Shown piece by piece: positions 10,528-20,823 of a stretch of DNA of 64,000 nt. How positions within the stretch are numbered: the stretch's first letter is position 1; the number at the start of each line of letters is the position of its first letter. A model generated the notes under the pieces. The model was not told the origin of the DNA. It did no database searches and was given only the letters and a program-made list of their open reading frames with translations. The position numbers were made by a program, and so were the translations under genes. Source of the DNA: an uncultured SAR86 cluster bacterium (GTDB lineage Bacteria; Pseudomonadota; Gammaproteobacteria; Magnimaribacterales; D2472); the NCBI GenBank assembly GCA_902559345.1, contig CACEHH010000005.1, forward strand, positions 578 to 64,577, given 5' to 3'.

Positions 10528-12516
10528 TTATGACATATCATATGGGTCTACATCAAAAGACCACTTTACTTTTTTGCTCTCTGGCCAAGTCTCAAATTCT
10601 TTAATTAAAAATTTTAGTATTCTGTTTAAATACGCTTTATTTGAAGATTTTATAACTAAATGGCTTCTTATATTCCCTTTAATTTTAAAAGGTATTGATG
10701 GGAGCGGGCCAATAATACCAACTCCCTTTCGATTATCTAATGTAAGACTAGCTCTATTCAAAAAATCTAAACAGTTTTTGGAATTAGGAGAAGTGGTTCT
10801 CAAAATACATATGCTTGAGTATGGTGGTAAGCTTAAATTCTTATTAACACTTAGGCATTGATCTGCAACCAGTTGATAATCACCTGTTTTAATTTGTTTT
10901 AGATTTATATCATCAGGATACCTTGTTTGAATAATAACTTTAGCAAGATTGTTATTCCTGCCCGCTCTTCCGGAAACTTGAATAAGTTGTTGTGATATTT
11001 TTTCAAGAGCATTAATCTCAGGACTTATTAATCCGCTATCAGCATTTAAAATTACACATAATGTTACCTTTGGAAAATCATGACCTTTAGATAACATCTG
11101 AGTTCCAACTAAAATAGCCTCTTCACTATTATTAGCCTTCTTATAAATTTCTTCCATAGATCCTTTGCGTCTAGTTGAATCATAATCAACTCTTATGATT
11201 GGCACTTTTGAAAAAGCGTTTTCTAGAACTTCCTCAACTCTTTCAGTACCACTTCCATATAAATTAATTTCTTTTGAAGAACAGTCAGGACATTCTTTGT
11301 TAATGGGATAGACTGATTCGCATTTGTGACAAATTAATTTATTTTTAGACTTATGAAAGACTAAATTTGACTCACATTCGCCACATTCAGCAACCCAACC
11401 ACAGTTATCACATTCATATAATGGAGCAAACCCTCTCCTATTTATAAAAATTAAAACCTGTTCTCCTTTTTTTATTGTTTCTCCAATAATGGTTAGTGTT
11501 TGTAATGCTAATCCACCCACTAGAGGAGAATCATTAATATCAAGCGGTATTAACTTTGGAGGTTTTTTACCATCTATTCTTCTTAGTAAATCAAATTTCT
11601 TATATTTCTTTTCCTTAACAAGTTTTAATGTCTGAAGAGATGGGGTTGCTGATCCCAAGAAAATAGGAATATCTTCAAGCTGAGCTCGCTTTATTGCTAA
11701 ATCTCTTCCAGAAAACCTAAAACCTTCAGACTGTTTATAAGACTGATCATGCTCTTCATCAACTATGATGGCGCCTAAATTCTTAAGGGGCATCAAAACA
11801 GAGGATCTAGTTCCAATGACTATTCTAATTTCACCAAATTTGGATCTTAACCATACTTTAAATCTTTGATTAGGTGTTAATCTAGAATGGTAGACCCCAA
11901 TATCTCCACTGAATCTATTTTTAAATCTCGATACTAATTGAGGGGTTAAGTTGATTTCTGGAACTAATATAAGAACAGATTTTTTTTCTTGTATAAGCTT
12001 TTCTGCTAATTGTAAATAAATCTCAGTTTTGCCCGAGCCAGTTACTCCATATATTAACGAGGGTTTAAAATTTTTAATTCTCTTGAGTTTTATTAAATTA
12101 CTTTCTTGCTCCTTGGTTAGCTTAAAATTCTTATCAGATTTATTTATGTCGTATTCGCTAGATTCACCTAAAGGTGCAATTATTTTATTACTTTGTTTCC
12201 TTAATAGAGTTGGCATAAAAGAGAAAAACACCTCTCCAATTGGATGATGATAATAATCTGCTGCCCAAAGAATGGTCTTGAAAATTGATTTATCAAAACA
12301 TACTGATTCTTCGGTTGTTGAAATTATCTCTTTTATAGCTACTGATTTATGAAACGAGCTATGTTGTGAAATTTTACTCACTACTATACCTATAACAACC
12401 TTCTTACCAAAAGGAACTATAACCCTTGTACCTTTTTTAATATGTGCAACAGATTTATAGGTAAAGCAACTCCTAATTGGTAGTCCAATTGCTATATCAT
12501 AATAAAAAATATTCAT
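10528..12516 (-). CDS. priA: Primosomal protein N' (replication restart helicase)
   Basis: GVTGSGKTE, DEEH, GSATPS, four CxxC pairs, QVSGRAGR and DVDP. Confidence 0.96.
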   Translation of the reverse strand: MNIFYYDIAIGLPIRSCFTYKSVAHIKKGTRVIVPFGKKVVIGIVVSKISQHSSFHKSVAIKEIISTTEESVCFDKSIFKTILWAADYYHHPIGEVFFSFMPTLLRKQSNKIIAPLGESSEYDINKSDKNFKLTKEQESNLIKLKRIKNFKPSLIYGVTGSGKTEIYLQLAEKLIQEKKSVLILVPEINLTPQLVSRFKNRFSGDIGVYHSRLTPNQRFKVWLRSKFGEIRIVIGTRSSVLMPLKNLGAIIVDEEHDQSYKQSEGFRFSGRDLAIKRAQLEDIPIFLGSATPSLQTLKLVKEKKYKKFDLLRRIDGKKPPKLIPLDINDSPLVGGLALQTLTIIGETIKKGEQVLIFINRRGFAPLYECDNCGWVAECGECESNLVFHKSKNKLICHKCESVYPINKECPDCSSKEINLYGSGTERVEEVLENAFSKVPIIRVDYDSTRRKGSMEEIYKKANNSEEAILVGTQMLSKGHDFPKVTLCVILNADSGLISPEINALEKISQQLIQVSGRAGRNNNLAKVIIQTRYPDDINLKQIKTGDYQLVADQCLSVNKNLSLPPYSSICILRTTSPNSKNCLDFLNRASLTLDNRKGVGIIGPLPSIPFKIKGNIRSHLVIKSSNKAYLNRILKFLIKEFETWPESKKVKWSFDVDPYDMS

Positions 12517-12574
12517 TTTTTAATTGTAATGAAATTAAATTTTGCTATAGTTCTCATCCTAATTTAATTTTATT

Positions 12575-12823
12575 ATGAAAAAAGGCATACATCCTGAATA
12601 CCGTGAAGTACTATTCCATGATATTAGTGTGGATGAGTACTTTATTATTAATTCAACACTAAGCACGGATAAAACAAAAGAGTGGGAAGATGGAAAAACT
12701 TATCCATATTATCCTGTTGAGGTGTCGTCTTCTTCGCATCCTTTTTATACTGGTAAACAAAAAATTATTGATACTGGTGGTAGAGTACAGAAATTTGAAG
12801 AAAGATTTGGTAAAAAGAAATAA
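12575..12823 (+). CDS. rpmE2: 50S ribosomal protein L31, type B (Zn-independent)
   Basis: [16 protein letters not shown] and [22 protein letters not shown]; 82 aa; no cysteines. Confidence 0.95.
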   Translation: MKKGIHPEYREVLFHDISVDEYFIINSTLSTDKTKEWEDGKTYPYYPVEVSSSSHPFYTGKQKIIDTGGRVQKFEERFGKKK

Positions 12824-12828
12824 CTTTA

Positions 12829-13284
12829 TCAATTTAAACCTGAACTCCCAAATCCTTTAGTGCCTCTTACTGACTCATCAAAATCTTCAACTACTTTAAA
12901 ATTTGCTTGGACTATAGGCACAATAATCATTTGAGCTATCCTATCTCCAGGATTAATTTCAAAATCAGCATCTGATCTATTCCAAGCTGGAACCATTAAT
13001 TCTCCCTGATAGTCTGAGTCTATAAGTCCTACTAAATTTCCTAAAACAATTCCATGTTTTGATCCAAGTCCTGATCTAGGTACAACCAATGCTGCTAGAT
13101 TCTCATCCTCTAGATACATAGCAAAGCCAATGGGTATCATTAACGTTTTACCTGATTCTAAATTTAATTTAGTCTCTATACATGCCCTTAAATCAAGTCC
13201 AGCAGAGCCAATCGTTTCATATTCTGGAAGGGGTATCTTATCTCCCATAAGTGGGTTAATTATCTTAACTTTTATATTTTTCAA
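12829..13284 (-). CDS. dut: dUTP diphosphatase
   Basis: [30 protein letters not shown] and [10 protein letters not shown] motifs; TTG start after AGGAAG. Confidence 0.96.
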   Translation of the reverse strand: MKNIKVKIINPLMGDKIPLPEYETIGSAGLDLRACIETKLNLESGKTLMIPIGFAMYLEDENLAALVVPRSGLGSKHGIVLGNLVGLIDSDYQGELMVPAWNRSDADFEINPGDRIAQMIIVPIVQANFKVVEDFDESVRGTKGFGSSGLN

Positions 13285-13441
13285 ATCTAAGCTTCCTATA
13301 ATTTTACTAATTTTAACTTAGATTTGCCTGAAGAGATGTTATTCGATAAAGACTTTATAGATAATAGAATATATATTTGTTTTACTTAATATTCATTATA
13401 GTATTGATATGTATGTTTCTGTTCTATAAAATCGCATTCCT

Positions 13442-13678
13442 ATGAGTAAAAAATGTCAAGTTACAGGTAAGATGCCTCAGTCTGGGAATAATGTTTCTCA
13501 TGCTAACAATAGAACTAAAAGGAAATTTTTTCCTAACCTTCATACGCATAAATTCTGGGTTGAATCAGAAAATAGATTTGTGAATCTAAAAGTTTCTGCA
13601 AAAGGCATGCGCATTATAGATAAGAAAGGTATTAGCCAAGTTCTTAAAGATATTCGTGCTCGTGGAGAAAAAGTTTAA
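13442..13678 (+). CDS. rpmB: 50S ribosomal protein L28
   Basis: [29 protein letters not shown]. Confidence 0.97.
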   Translation: MSKKCQVTGKMPQSGNNVSHANNRTKRKFFPNLHTHKFWVESENRFVNLKVSAKGMRIIDKKGISQVLKDIRARGEKV

Positions 13679-13687
13679 TTTAGTAAA

Positions 13688-14683
13688 CTATTTATAACCA
13701 ACCTCCTGTGCAAGAAAGACTGCTTCTTTTTGCAAAGAACCTAACTTACTTACATTTATATCGTCTTCTATAAAACTACCCCAATCTTTTATAGAGTTAG
13801 CGATATCAGCTTCTTTTAGAACTGGATACTCTTTGTTTGCTGATGCATAGAAATCCTGAGCGCTATCTGATGATAAATACTCTAAAAGCTTTTGGGCATT
13901 TTCTTTATTTTTAGATGTTTTTACTACGCCTGCTCCAGATATATTTACGTGAACTCCCCTACCAGATTGATTGGCCCAGAATAATTGTAGATTGTCATAT
14001 TTAGGATCGTCTAATAACCTGGCTAAGTAATATGTATTAACAATTGTCACGCCGCATTGGCCACTTGATACTGCTTTAAGAGCATTTGTATCGTTTGAGA
14101 AAACTTCTGTAGCTAAATTAGCAACCCACCCAGAAACAATCTCTTTAGCTTGGTCATAACCGTAAGCATCAATCATGCTAGCCATAAGAGATCTGTTATA
14201 AACTTTCTTTGATGTTCTTAAGCATAATTTTCCTCTCCATTTTGGATGAGCTAAGTCTTCGTATGATGAAAAGTCACCTTCTGAGAACTGATCGCTAGAA
14301 TAAACGATAGTTCTTGCTCTTTTAGAAAGCCCAAACCATTGACTGTCTGGATCTCTTAAGTATGAAGGAATATTATCTTCAAGAATAAATGAGTTAATTT
14401 TACTAAAAATATTTCTATCTGTTGCTTGCCATAGTACTCCTGCATCAACAGTCATAAATATATCAGCTTTTGATTGTTTGCCCTCTGCAACGATTCTTTC
14501 CATTAACTCTTGGGCATTTCCAGATAGTAGATTAACTTTGATTCCAGTATCTTGATAAAAATTTTCTAAAATCGGTTCGAGTAGCTGCGGTTGCCTTGAA
14601 GTATAAATTGTTAGCTCATCATTAGATTGATTAGCACAAGAAACTAAAAAAAATAAAGAAAATATGATATAAAATTTTTTCAT
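13688..14683 (-). CDS. Fe(III) ABC transporter substrate-binding lipoprotein (FutA/IdiA/FbpA family)
   Basis: YTSRQ, TVDAG, GLSKRAR, KVYNRSL and VNTYYL (tandem Tyr iron ligands), GVHVNISGAG; lipobox LVSC; ATG at 14683 follows GAGG. Confidence 0.88.
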   Translation of the reverse strand: MKKFYIIFSLFFLVSCANQSNDELTIYTSRQPQLLEPILENFYQDTGIKVNLLSGNAQELMERIVAEGKQSKADIFMTVDAGVLWQATDRNIFSKINSFILEDNIPSYLRDPDSQWFGLSKRARTIVYSSDQFSEGDFSSYEDLAHPKWRGKLCLRTSKKVYNRSLMASMIDAYGYDQAKEIVSGWVANLATEVFSNDTNALKAVSSGQCGVTIVNTYYLARLLDDPKYDNLQLFWANQSGRGVHVNISGAGVVKTSKNKENAQKLLEYLSSDSAQDFYASANKEYPVLKEADIANSIKDWGSFIEDDINVSKLGSLQKEAVFLAQEVGYK

Positions 14684-14731
14684 TTTTAACCTCACAAGAA
14701 TGAAGATTTATTTTTTAGGTGTGCGAAATTA

Positions 14732-15889
14732 TTATATCTTATTATCACCAGAGGCATGACTAATAAAAAAATTTTTCAAAAATCCTGCTTTGTTAACACT
14801 TGTTAGTCCGATATTTCTTAACAATTTTATATAAACATTATTTGATCTAAATAAATCTACAAAAAAATCCATAGACTTAAGCATTAAATAATTCATATTC
14901 TTTCTTCTTATCTCATATTTTTTAAGGATTAAGCGTTTGTCTAATAACATCTTCTTTTCATAAGCTTTTATTAGCTCTTCACAAAAAACATCGGCATCTG
15001 CAAAACCTAGGTTAATTCCTTGTCCTGCTAAGGGATGTATTGAATGAGCTGCATCACCAATCAAAACAGTAGAGTCACAAATATACGTATCAAAATGATG
15101 GTTAAAAAGATTAAAAGATAAGATATTAGAAAAAATGTTAATATTTGCCCCAATTTTTTTTTCAAAATAAGCAATATTTTCATTTACATAATCCTCTGGG
15201 GCTTGATTTAATATTTTTGCTTTATCGACAGACCAGACAATTGTATGTGTTGATAGCTCTTCATGATCAGGCAATGGCATAATTGCAAAAATACCTTTTT
15301 CAGAAAATATTTGATGCGCTATATCGACATCCTCTAGATCACACTTTACAGTAAAAGTTATTGCAATTTGTTTGTAGTCTCCTACGAAAGGCTCTAAAGA
15401 AGCTATTTTTGCAACATTTGAATTTCTTCCATCACAACCCGCTACAAGTTGAGAATATATAGTCTGATTATCTGAAAGTATGATTTCACAAGACTTGTTA
15501 ATTTCAACCTCTTTTATGTCTTCGATTTGAGTCTCAAACAGAGTTTTTTTTATCACCCTCTTTTGAAGAGCTGACTGAAGATCATTAAAGAAAACCACAT
15601 AGGATAAATCTTCAGAATTAATTTCCTCTGAAGAAAAGTCTATTTGTCCTGTACCCTCCCCATCAATTACATTTATTTTTTTAATCTTTGAATGTCTAAT
15701 ATCTATACCTAGCTTATCTAGAAGTTTCTTTGAGTATGGATTTAAGGTTAAAGTTCGTATATTTTCTTTTGAAAAAGGTTTATTAATAGATTTTTCAATA
15801 ACAATAGAATCTATATTTTTAGAATCTAGTCTTAAAGATATATAGCTACCTATAATTCCACCGCCAGATATGGTAACGATAGGATTCAC
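14732..15889 (-). CDS. FAD-dependent ubiquinone hydroxylase, UbiH/UbiI/UbiF family (UbiI-like motif)
   Basis: GGGIIG, GCDGRNS and LIGDAAHSIHPLAGQGINLGFAD; downstream of pepP. Confidence 0.85.
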   Translation of the reverse strand: MNPIVTISGGGIIGSYISLRLDSKNIDSIVIEKSINKPFSKENIRTLTLNPYSKKLLDKLGIDIRHSKIKKINVIDGEGTGQIDFSSEEINSEDLSYVVFFNDLQSALQKRVIKKTLFETQIEDIKEVEINKSCEIILSDNQTIYSQLVAGCDGRNSNVAKIASLEPFVGDYKQIAITFTVKCDLEDVDIAHQIFSEKGIFAIMPLPDHEELSTHTIVWSVDKAKILNQAPEDYVNENIAYFEKKIGANINIFSNILSFNLFNHHFDTYICDSTVLIGDAAHSIHPLAGQGINLGFADADVFCEELIKAYEKKMLLDKRLILKKYEIRRKNMNYLMLKSMDFFVDLFRSNNVYIKLLRNIGLTSVNKAGFLKNFFISHASGDNKI

Positions 15890-15893
15890 AAGA

Positions 15894-17189
15894 TTAAGAC
15901 ATTAATGATTCAATTTCACGAGGGTCAGAGGGTACTTTTTTAGTAAGGTTTTCATTCCCATCATCGGTCACCAGAATATCATCTTCTATCCTTACTCCAA
16001 TTCCCTTCCATTTATCATCAACATTCATTGAACTGCTTATATAAATTCCTGGTTCTATTGTTGTAATCATTCCAGGCTTGAATTTCATAAAATCATCTCC
16101 TTCCATATAATCTCCAGCATCATGAACATCAAGCCCAAGCCAATGGCCTATTTTATGCATATAAAAATCTTTATAAGCTCCTGATTTATGTAACTCTTCG
16201 GGATCCCCATCTAACAAACCAATTTTAACAAGACCTTTCGTTATAACTTTTTCAGAAATTTCTTGAGGCTCCATAATACTATTACCTGGACGTACACATT
16301 CTATTGCGGCATTCATGGCTTCAAGCACAATCTCATATACTTTAAGTTGCTCCTCAGAAAACTTACCACTAATTGGAAAGGTTCTTGTAATATCTGCTGC
16401 ATACATTTCGTATTCACATCCAGCATCAACTAACAATAAATCCGACCCATTAAGAGCTTGATTATTCTCTACATAATGGAGCACACATGCATTTTCCCCA
16501 CCAGCAACAATTGGATTATATGCAGGATATCTAGCGCCACGTTTTGAAAATTCATGAATATATAAGCTTTCAACATGTTGTTCTAAATCTCCTTTTTTTA
16601 CTGATTTCATAGCAGTTATATGAGCCTCAGCAGAAATATCACATGCCTTTTTAATTAAATCTATTTCATGATCATCTTTTATAAGACGAGCATTGCCAAT
16701 CAATGAACTTGCATCGATTATATTGATAGATTTACTGTGGCGATCTTTGGATGAGGCTGCAGTAGTCCAATCGATTACTTTCTGATCAAAACCTGATTTT
16801 TTACCAATAGGATATAGAACTTGTTCAGAACCATAAAGTATGTCCGGGAGCATTGAGTCAATCTGAATATTATCAAAAGCTTTATCAAATAAAAAATCTT
16901 CAACTGCACCTATAGGGCCTGCTCTATATCCATCCCATATTTCTTTAAGCTTATCTTTTGGAGGAACAAACATAATTGAGTTTATGCCATCTTTATTATT
17001 TACAATAGCAATCAAAGATTCTGGCTCACAAAAGCCAGACATATAATAAAAACTACTATCTTGCCTAAAGGGGAACGTTGAATCAGCATTTCTATATTGC
17101 AAATCAGCTCCAGGAATTAGTAGTACAGAATTCTCAGGCAATATATCCTTTAAATTATTTCTTCTATTTTTATATATAGTCTTATCCAT
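15894..17189 (-). CDS. pepP: Xaa-Pro aminopeptidase
   Basis: FRQDSSFYY, LHY, DAGCE..YAADITRT, HKIGHWLGLDVHD, TIEPGIY and GVRIEDD. Confidence 0.95.
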   Translation of the reverse strand: MDKTIYKNRRNNLKDILPENSVLLIPGADLQYRNADSTFPFRQDSSFYYMSGFCEPESLIAIVNNKDGINSIMFVPPKDKLKEIWDGYRAGPIGAVEDFLFDKAFDNIQIDSMLPDILYGSEQVLYPIGKKSGFDQKVIDWTTAASSKDRHSKSINIIDASSLIGNARLIKDDHEIDLIKKACDISAEAHITAMKSVKKGDLEQHVESLYIHEFSKRGARYPAYNPIVAGGENACVLHYVENNQALNGSDLLLVDAGCEYEMYAADITRTFPISGKFSEEQLKVYEIVLEAMNAAIECVRPGNSIMEPQEISEKVITKGLVKIGLLDGDPEELHKSGAYKDFYMHKIGHWLGLDVHDAGDYMEGDDFMKFKPGMITTIEPGIYISSSMNVDDKWKGIGVRIEDDILVTDDGNENLTKKVPSDPREIESLMS

Positions 17190-17251
17190 TTGAGTATTTT
17201 ACTCTTTTAAACAAACTTTCCAATTCATTAAAGTAGAATTAAACTATTAAA

Positions 17252-17446
17252 ATGTCTAAATCCAAAAATTCATCTTCTAAGGTTTTTGAAAAAAAATTAG
17301 ATTTACTAATAAAAAGATTTGAAGAGCAGAAAGGTATTATAAACTCATATGTTAAAAGAGAAAGGGAGTGGAAAAAAGATAAACTGCTTCATAAAAAAGA
17401 AGTAAATCGTCTTGAAAAGATTTTAAAAAAGGTAACAGATGAGTAA
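17252..17446 (+). CDS. Small coiled-coil protein (TIGR02449/ZapB-like)
   Basis: 64-aa charged coiled-coil sequence overlapping the zapA start, where Pseudomonas-type genomes carry such a gene. Confidence 0.6.
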   Translation: MSKSKNSSSKVFEKKLDLLIKRFEEQKGIINSYVKREREWKKDKLLHKKEVNRLEKILKKVTDE

Positions 17447-17705
17447 AGTAGAAACAGTTTCTCTTAGAATATTTGGAAGAGATTTAACTCTAGCCTGCCC
17501 TCCTAAAGAAAAAGATAATCTTATTAAAGCTGCGAAACTATTTAACGAAGAGCTTGATAATATAAATGATAAAAATAATGCCCTAATCATTGCTGGCCTA
17601 ACTTTGGCAAATAAATTGCTATCTAGTGACACAAAATCAGACAAAGTTAGTGATTTAGATTTCTCAAAGCTCATAAATAAAATTGAAAAGGCTATAGAAA
17701 AATAG
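17439..17705 (+). CDS. zapA: Cell division protein ZapA
   Basis: VSLRIFGRDLTLACPPKEKDNLIKAA and IIAGLTLA; pepP / zapA / 6S / ygfA synteny. Confidence 0.85.
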   Translation: MSKVETVSLRIFGRDLTLACPPKEKDNLIKAAKLFNEELDNINDKNNALIIAGLTLANKLLSSDTKSDKVSDLDFSKLINKIEKAIEK

Positions 17706-17742
17706 CCTTTATCTTATATTTGAACTCAACTATACTTTAATT

Positions 17743-17910
17743 ACATTCTGGTTCATGCGCTAATGTGTTAATAAATTTGAACCGATACTAATAATTAGGT
17801 GATTTTCCACTGTCCTTGTTGTGCAATACCTATAAGGGAAGCCTGATCTGACATGATATTCACCACCTGAACTTTCGGTTCAGGTATAGCGCATAGCGGT
17901 GACCTGGTTT
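17743..17910 (+). ncRNA. ssrS: 6S RNA (ends approximate)
   Basis: GC-richer non-coding stretch between zapA and ygfA, the canonical ssrS site. Terminal pairing ATGCGCTA/TAGCGCAT, internal hairpin CCTGAAC-TTTCG-GTTCAGG, and TATACT -10 element at 17731-17736. Confidence 0.85.
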
Positions 17911-17929
17911 GTTAGCCTCTGTAAAATTT

Positions 17930-18499
17930 ATGGTGAAAAATAAAATTCGAAAATCACTTCTTGAGCAGGGGCAACTTTTATCTAAAAAGTTCATCAGAGA
18001 AACAAATCTAAAAATTCAAAATATCGTAATAAATGAAATAAATATTAGAACTTCTAAAAATACACTACTTTATTTTCCCTATAGAAATGAAATATCTGTC
18101 GAGTTAATAATAAAGGAGTTATGGAAATATTCTAATAATATTTATATGCCCAGAATAGTTTCTAAAAATAAATTGAAATTCAATCGATTAAAAAGACTTG
18201 AAGTATTTAAAAAAAATAAATATGGCATAAAAGAAATAGCAAGCAGTGATTATCTCTCTGCTGTGTACTTTGATACTATGTTTATACCTTTTGTTGGTGT
18301 AGATAAGAATGGAGCTAGGCTTGGTTATGGTGGTGGTTATTTTGATAGGGCTCTAGAAAAAATAAACTTGTCAGTTCAAAAGCCCTTGATTGTTGGAATG
18401 GGATACGATTATCAAATTGTTAATGAATGTTTTGGGGAAAATCATGATATTAAATACGATATTGTAATAACAGAAAGCCATATACTTTCTTATGAGTGA
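17930..18499 (+). CDS. ygfA: 5-formyltetrahydrofolate cyclo-ligase
   Basis: KNKIRK, YFPYRNE, NKYGIKE, PFVGVDKNGARLGYGGGYFDR and HD; the ATG at 17930 is preferred over the TTG at 17909. Confidence 0.92.
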   Translation: MVKNKIRKSLLEQGQLLSKKFIRETNLKIQNIVINEINIRTSKNTLLYFPYRNEISVELIIKELWKYSNNIYMPRIVSKNKLKFNRLKRLEVFKKNKYGIKEIASSDYLSAVYFDTMFIPFVGVDKNGARLGYGGGYFDRALEKINLSVQKPLIVGMGYDYQIVNECFGENHDIKYDIVITESHILSYE

Positions 18500-18528
18500 A
18501 TTATAAAATACGATTCTTATATACACAT

Positions 18529-20812
18529 ATGAATAAATCATTTAAATATTTTTTTCTACTTTTTTCATCATTAATACATGCAGAATCTATAGTTATTGAT
18601 GCCAATCTAGATGAAGCCGAATGGGAAAAAGCTTACATTATCAACGAATATTACGAAACTGTTCCGTATACCCTAAAGCCTGCTGAAGTTCAGACTGTAA
18701 CAAAAATTATCTCTAATAAAGAAGGTATATATATAGGATTTACTAACTATCAGGACAATGATTCGATGTTGTCAAACAAGTCAATGAGAGATGAGAATAC
18801 TAATAACGTAGAACAAAATGGGGTTGCAATAGACTTTGATGGAGATGGTTTAAAGGCTTATATGTTTATAGCTACTCTTGCCAATATCCAAAGAGATGGT
18901 ATCAGGCGTTTAGGAGGATGGCCTGAGTTTGATTGGGATGGGGACTGGGAGGTTAAAACAAAAGAATATGATGGATATTGGGTATCGGAATTCTTAATTC
19001 CCTGGAATGTGGTTTTGATGAAAAATGTTGATGGTCTTGAAAGAAATATTAAAATCACAACATTCAGATATATTGCAAAGGACCAATCCTGGCTCAATGA
19101 TACAAAGACAAGTGGATTTAGAACAGATTTTTTATCTAATTTGAGAGATATCAAAGTTAATAATTTTACAAAAAGAAAGCTCAACTATTTTCCATATATA
19201 TCAAAAACATATAATTCTGTTACTGGTTTTAATGAAAATAAAGTTGGTGCAGAAGTCTTTTTAAATACTGGAACGGGTAAACAGATTAATCTAACTCTTA
19301 ATCCTGACTTTGGACAGGCGGAAAGTGATGAGGTAATTGTGAATTTTTCTGCTCAAGAAACTTTCTATTCAGAAAAAAGAGCATTCTTTAACGAGAATCA
19401 ATCTCTATTTGATCTATCTCATTATGATAGATATAGAGTTATTAATACCAGAAGAATTGGCGCAGCCAGTTCTTATGATTGTCAGTTATCTGCCAATGAA
19501 GATAATTGTAATGATGCAAAGAAAAGTTATACGGATATAGATTTTGCTTTCAGATACACCCAAAAAAAATAATAACAGCGATGTTGGAATATTTGTTGCC
19601 CAAGAATCAGATGAGTCATTCACCAAAGGAAGAAATTTTTATGCTCTAAGGTCAAAAAATAAAATTGGAACAAGGTCCATTGGTTATTTTCTTACGCATG
19701 TTGTAGATAATTTTACAAATGAAAAAGCTACTGTAAATGTAATTGATTTTACAAATGTTAAATCAAATAAATTAACTTTATATACAGATCTCCTCTCTTC
19801 AGAAAAAGAAGGCGTTTCCGGCTTTGGCTTAAGATCACAATTTGTTTATAAGCCAAGTCTGCTAAGCAGAAGGACTGGAAGCGTTTTATATTTTGAAGAT
19901 AGTTTTAAGCTTAATGATTTTGGATATCTTAAAAAGAATGATTGGTTTCATATAGGATTAGGTTCAGATATTACAAAAATTGATTTCGAAGAATCTAGCG
20001 CGATTAAAGAAAGAAAAATTGGTATTGATTTTAACTATGATTCTGATACATCAGGAAACTCTAATCCTACTCAAATAAGACAAGAATATAATTATAAATA
20101 TAAGGACACTTCTAGTTTTCAGGCCTCATGGGATCTTAAAACATCTGGGAAAGATACGACAATTACAAGAAAAAATATTGATTTCCCATTTGTGAAGAAT
20201 AATAGAAGTTTTAGCTTCAACCTAGATTATGAATCACCAAGCTATGGCACTTGGGAGTATGACTGGAGGGTTGGTTATGAAACCGCCAATAAATATAAAA
20301 CATGGAGTTCTGAGGGATATGAAAGGAGGTTTGCTAAAATTGCAGGCTCTTTATATCCTCTTGATGATTTTAAATTAGGCTGGCAATTTAGAGTTAGAGA
20401 AGAGGATGAATGGCTTAATTGGATTGAAGGCAATCAGCTTGCTGCCTATGATTTAACTCAAAGGATTATTTCTATCAACGGAAACTGGTTCAAAGGATCA
20501 AAACATGAAATAAGACTAAAAAGTCAGTTTGTAGCATTGGAGGCAGAAAACCCTATTAGTCTTATCACTGATAAGGCGGGCTATCTATATAATCATAATT
20601 CAAATGTAAAACCTTTCACAGACGGTATTACTTCTTTTCAAGTTAGGTATAAATATGAAATTGCGCCTCTGTCCTATATCTACCTAGTCTATACAAAAGG
20701 TGGAAGAGTTTATGATGATGAGAATGAGAGGAATACATCAGATGTATTTAAAGATCCTTGGGAAGATCCTGATAATGAAATCTTTTCTTTAAAATTTCGC
20801 TTAAAGTACTAA
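18529..20812 (+). pseudogene. DUF5916-like outer-membrane protein with N-terminal CBM9-like domain, split by a 1-nt frameshift (ORFs 18529..19572 and 19544..20812)
   Basis: Signal peptide, IDANLDEAEW, WVSEFLIPW and LTLNPDFGQAESDE..NFSAQETFYSEKRAFF. The frame changes at the A8 run 19562-19569. The second half ends in a beta-barrel-type C-terminus (FSLKFRLKY). Confidence 0.72.
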
Positions 20813-20823
20813 TTCAAAATCTT

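Noticed and set aside
14720-14748. Possible Fur box upstream of the Fe(III)-binding protein gene
   Set aside because: Only about 11/19 match to GATAATGATAATCATTATC, partly inside the upstream coding region; not significant in such AT-rich DNA.
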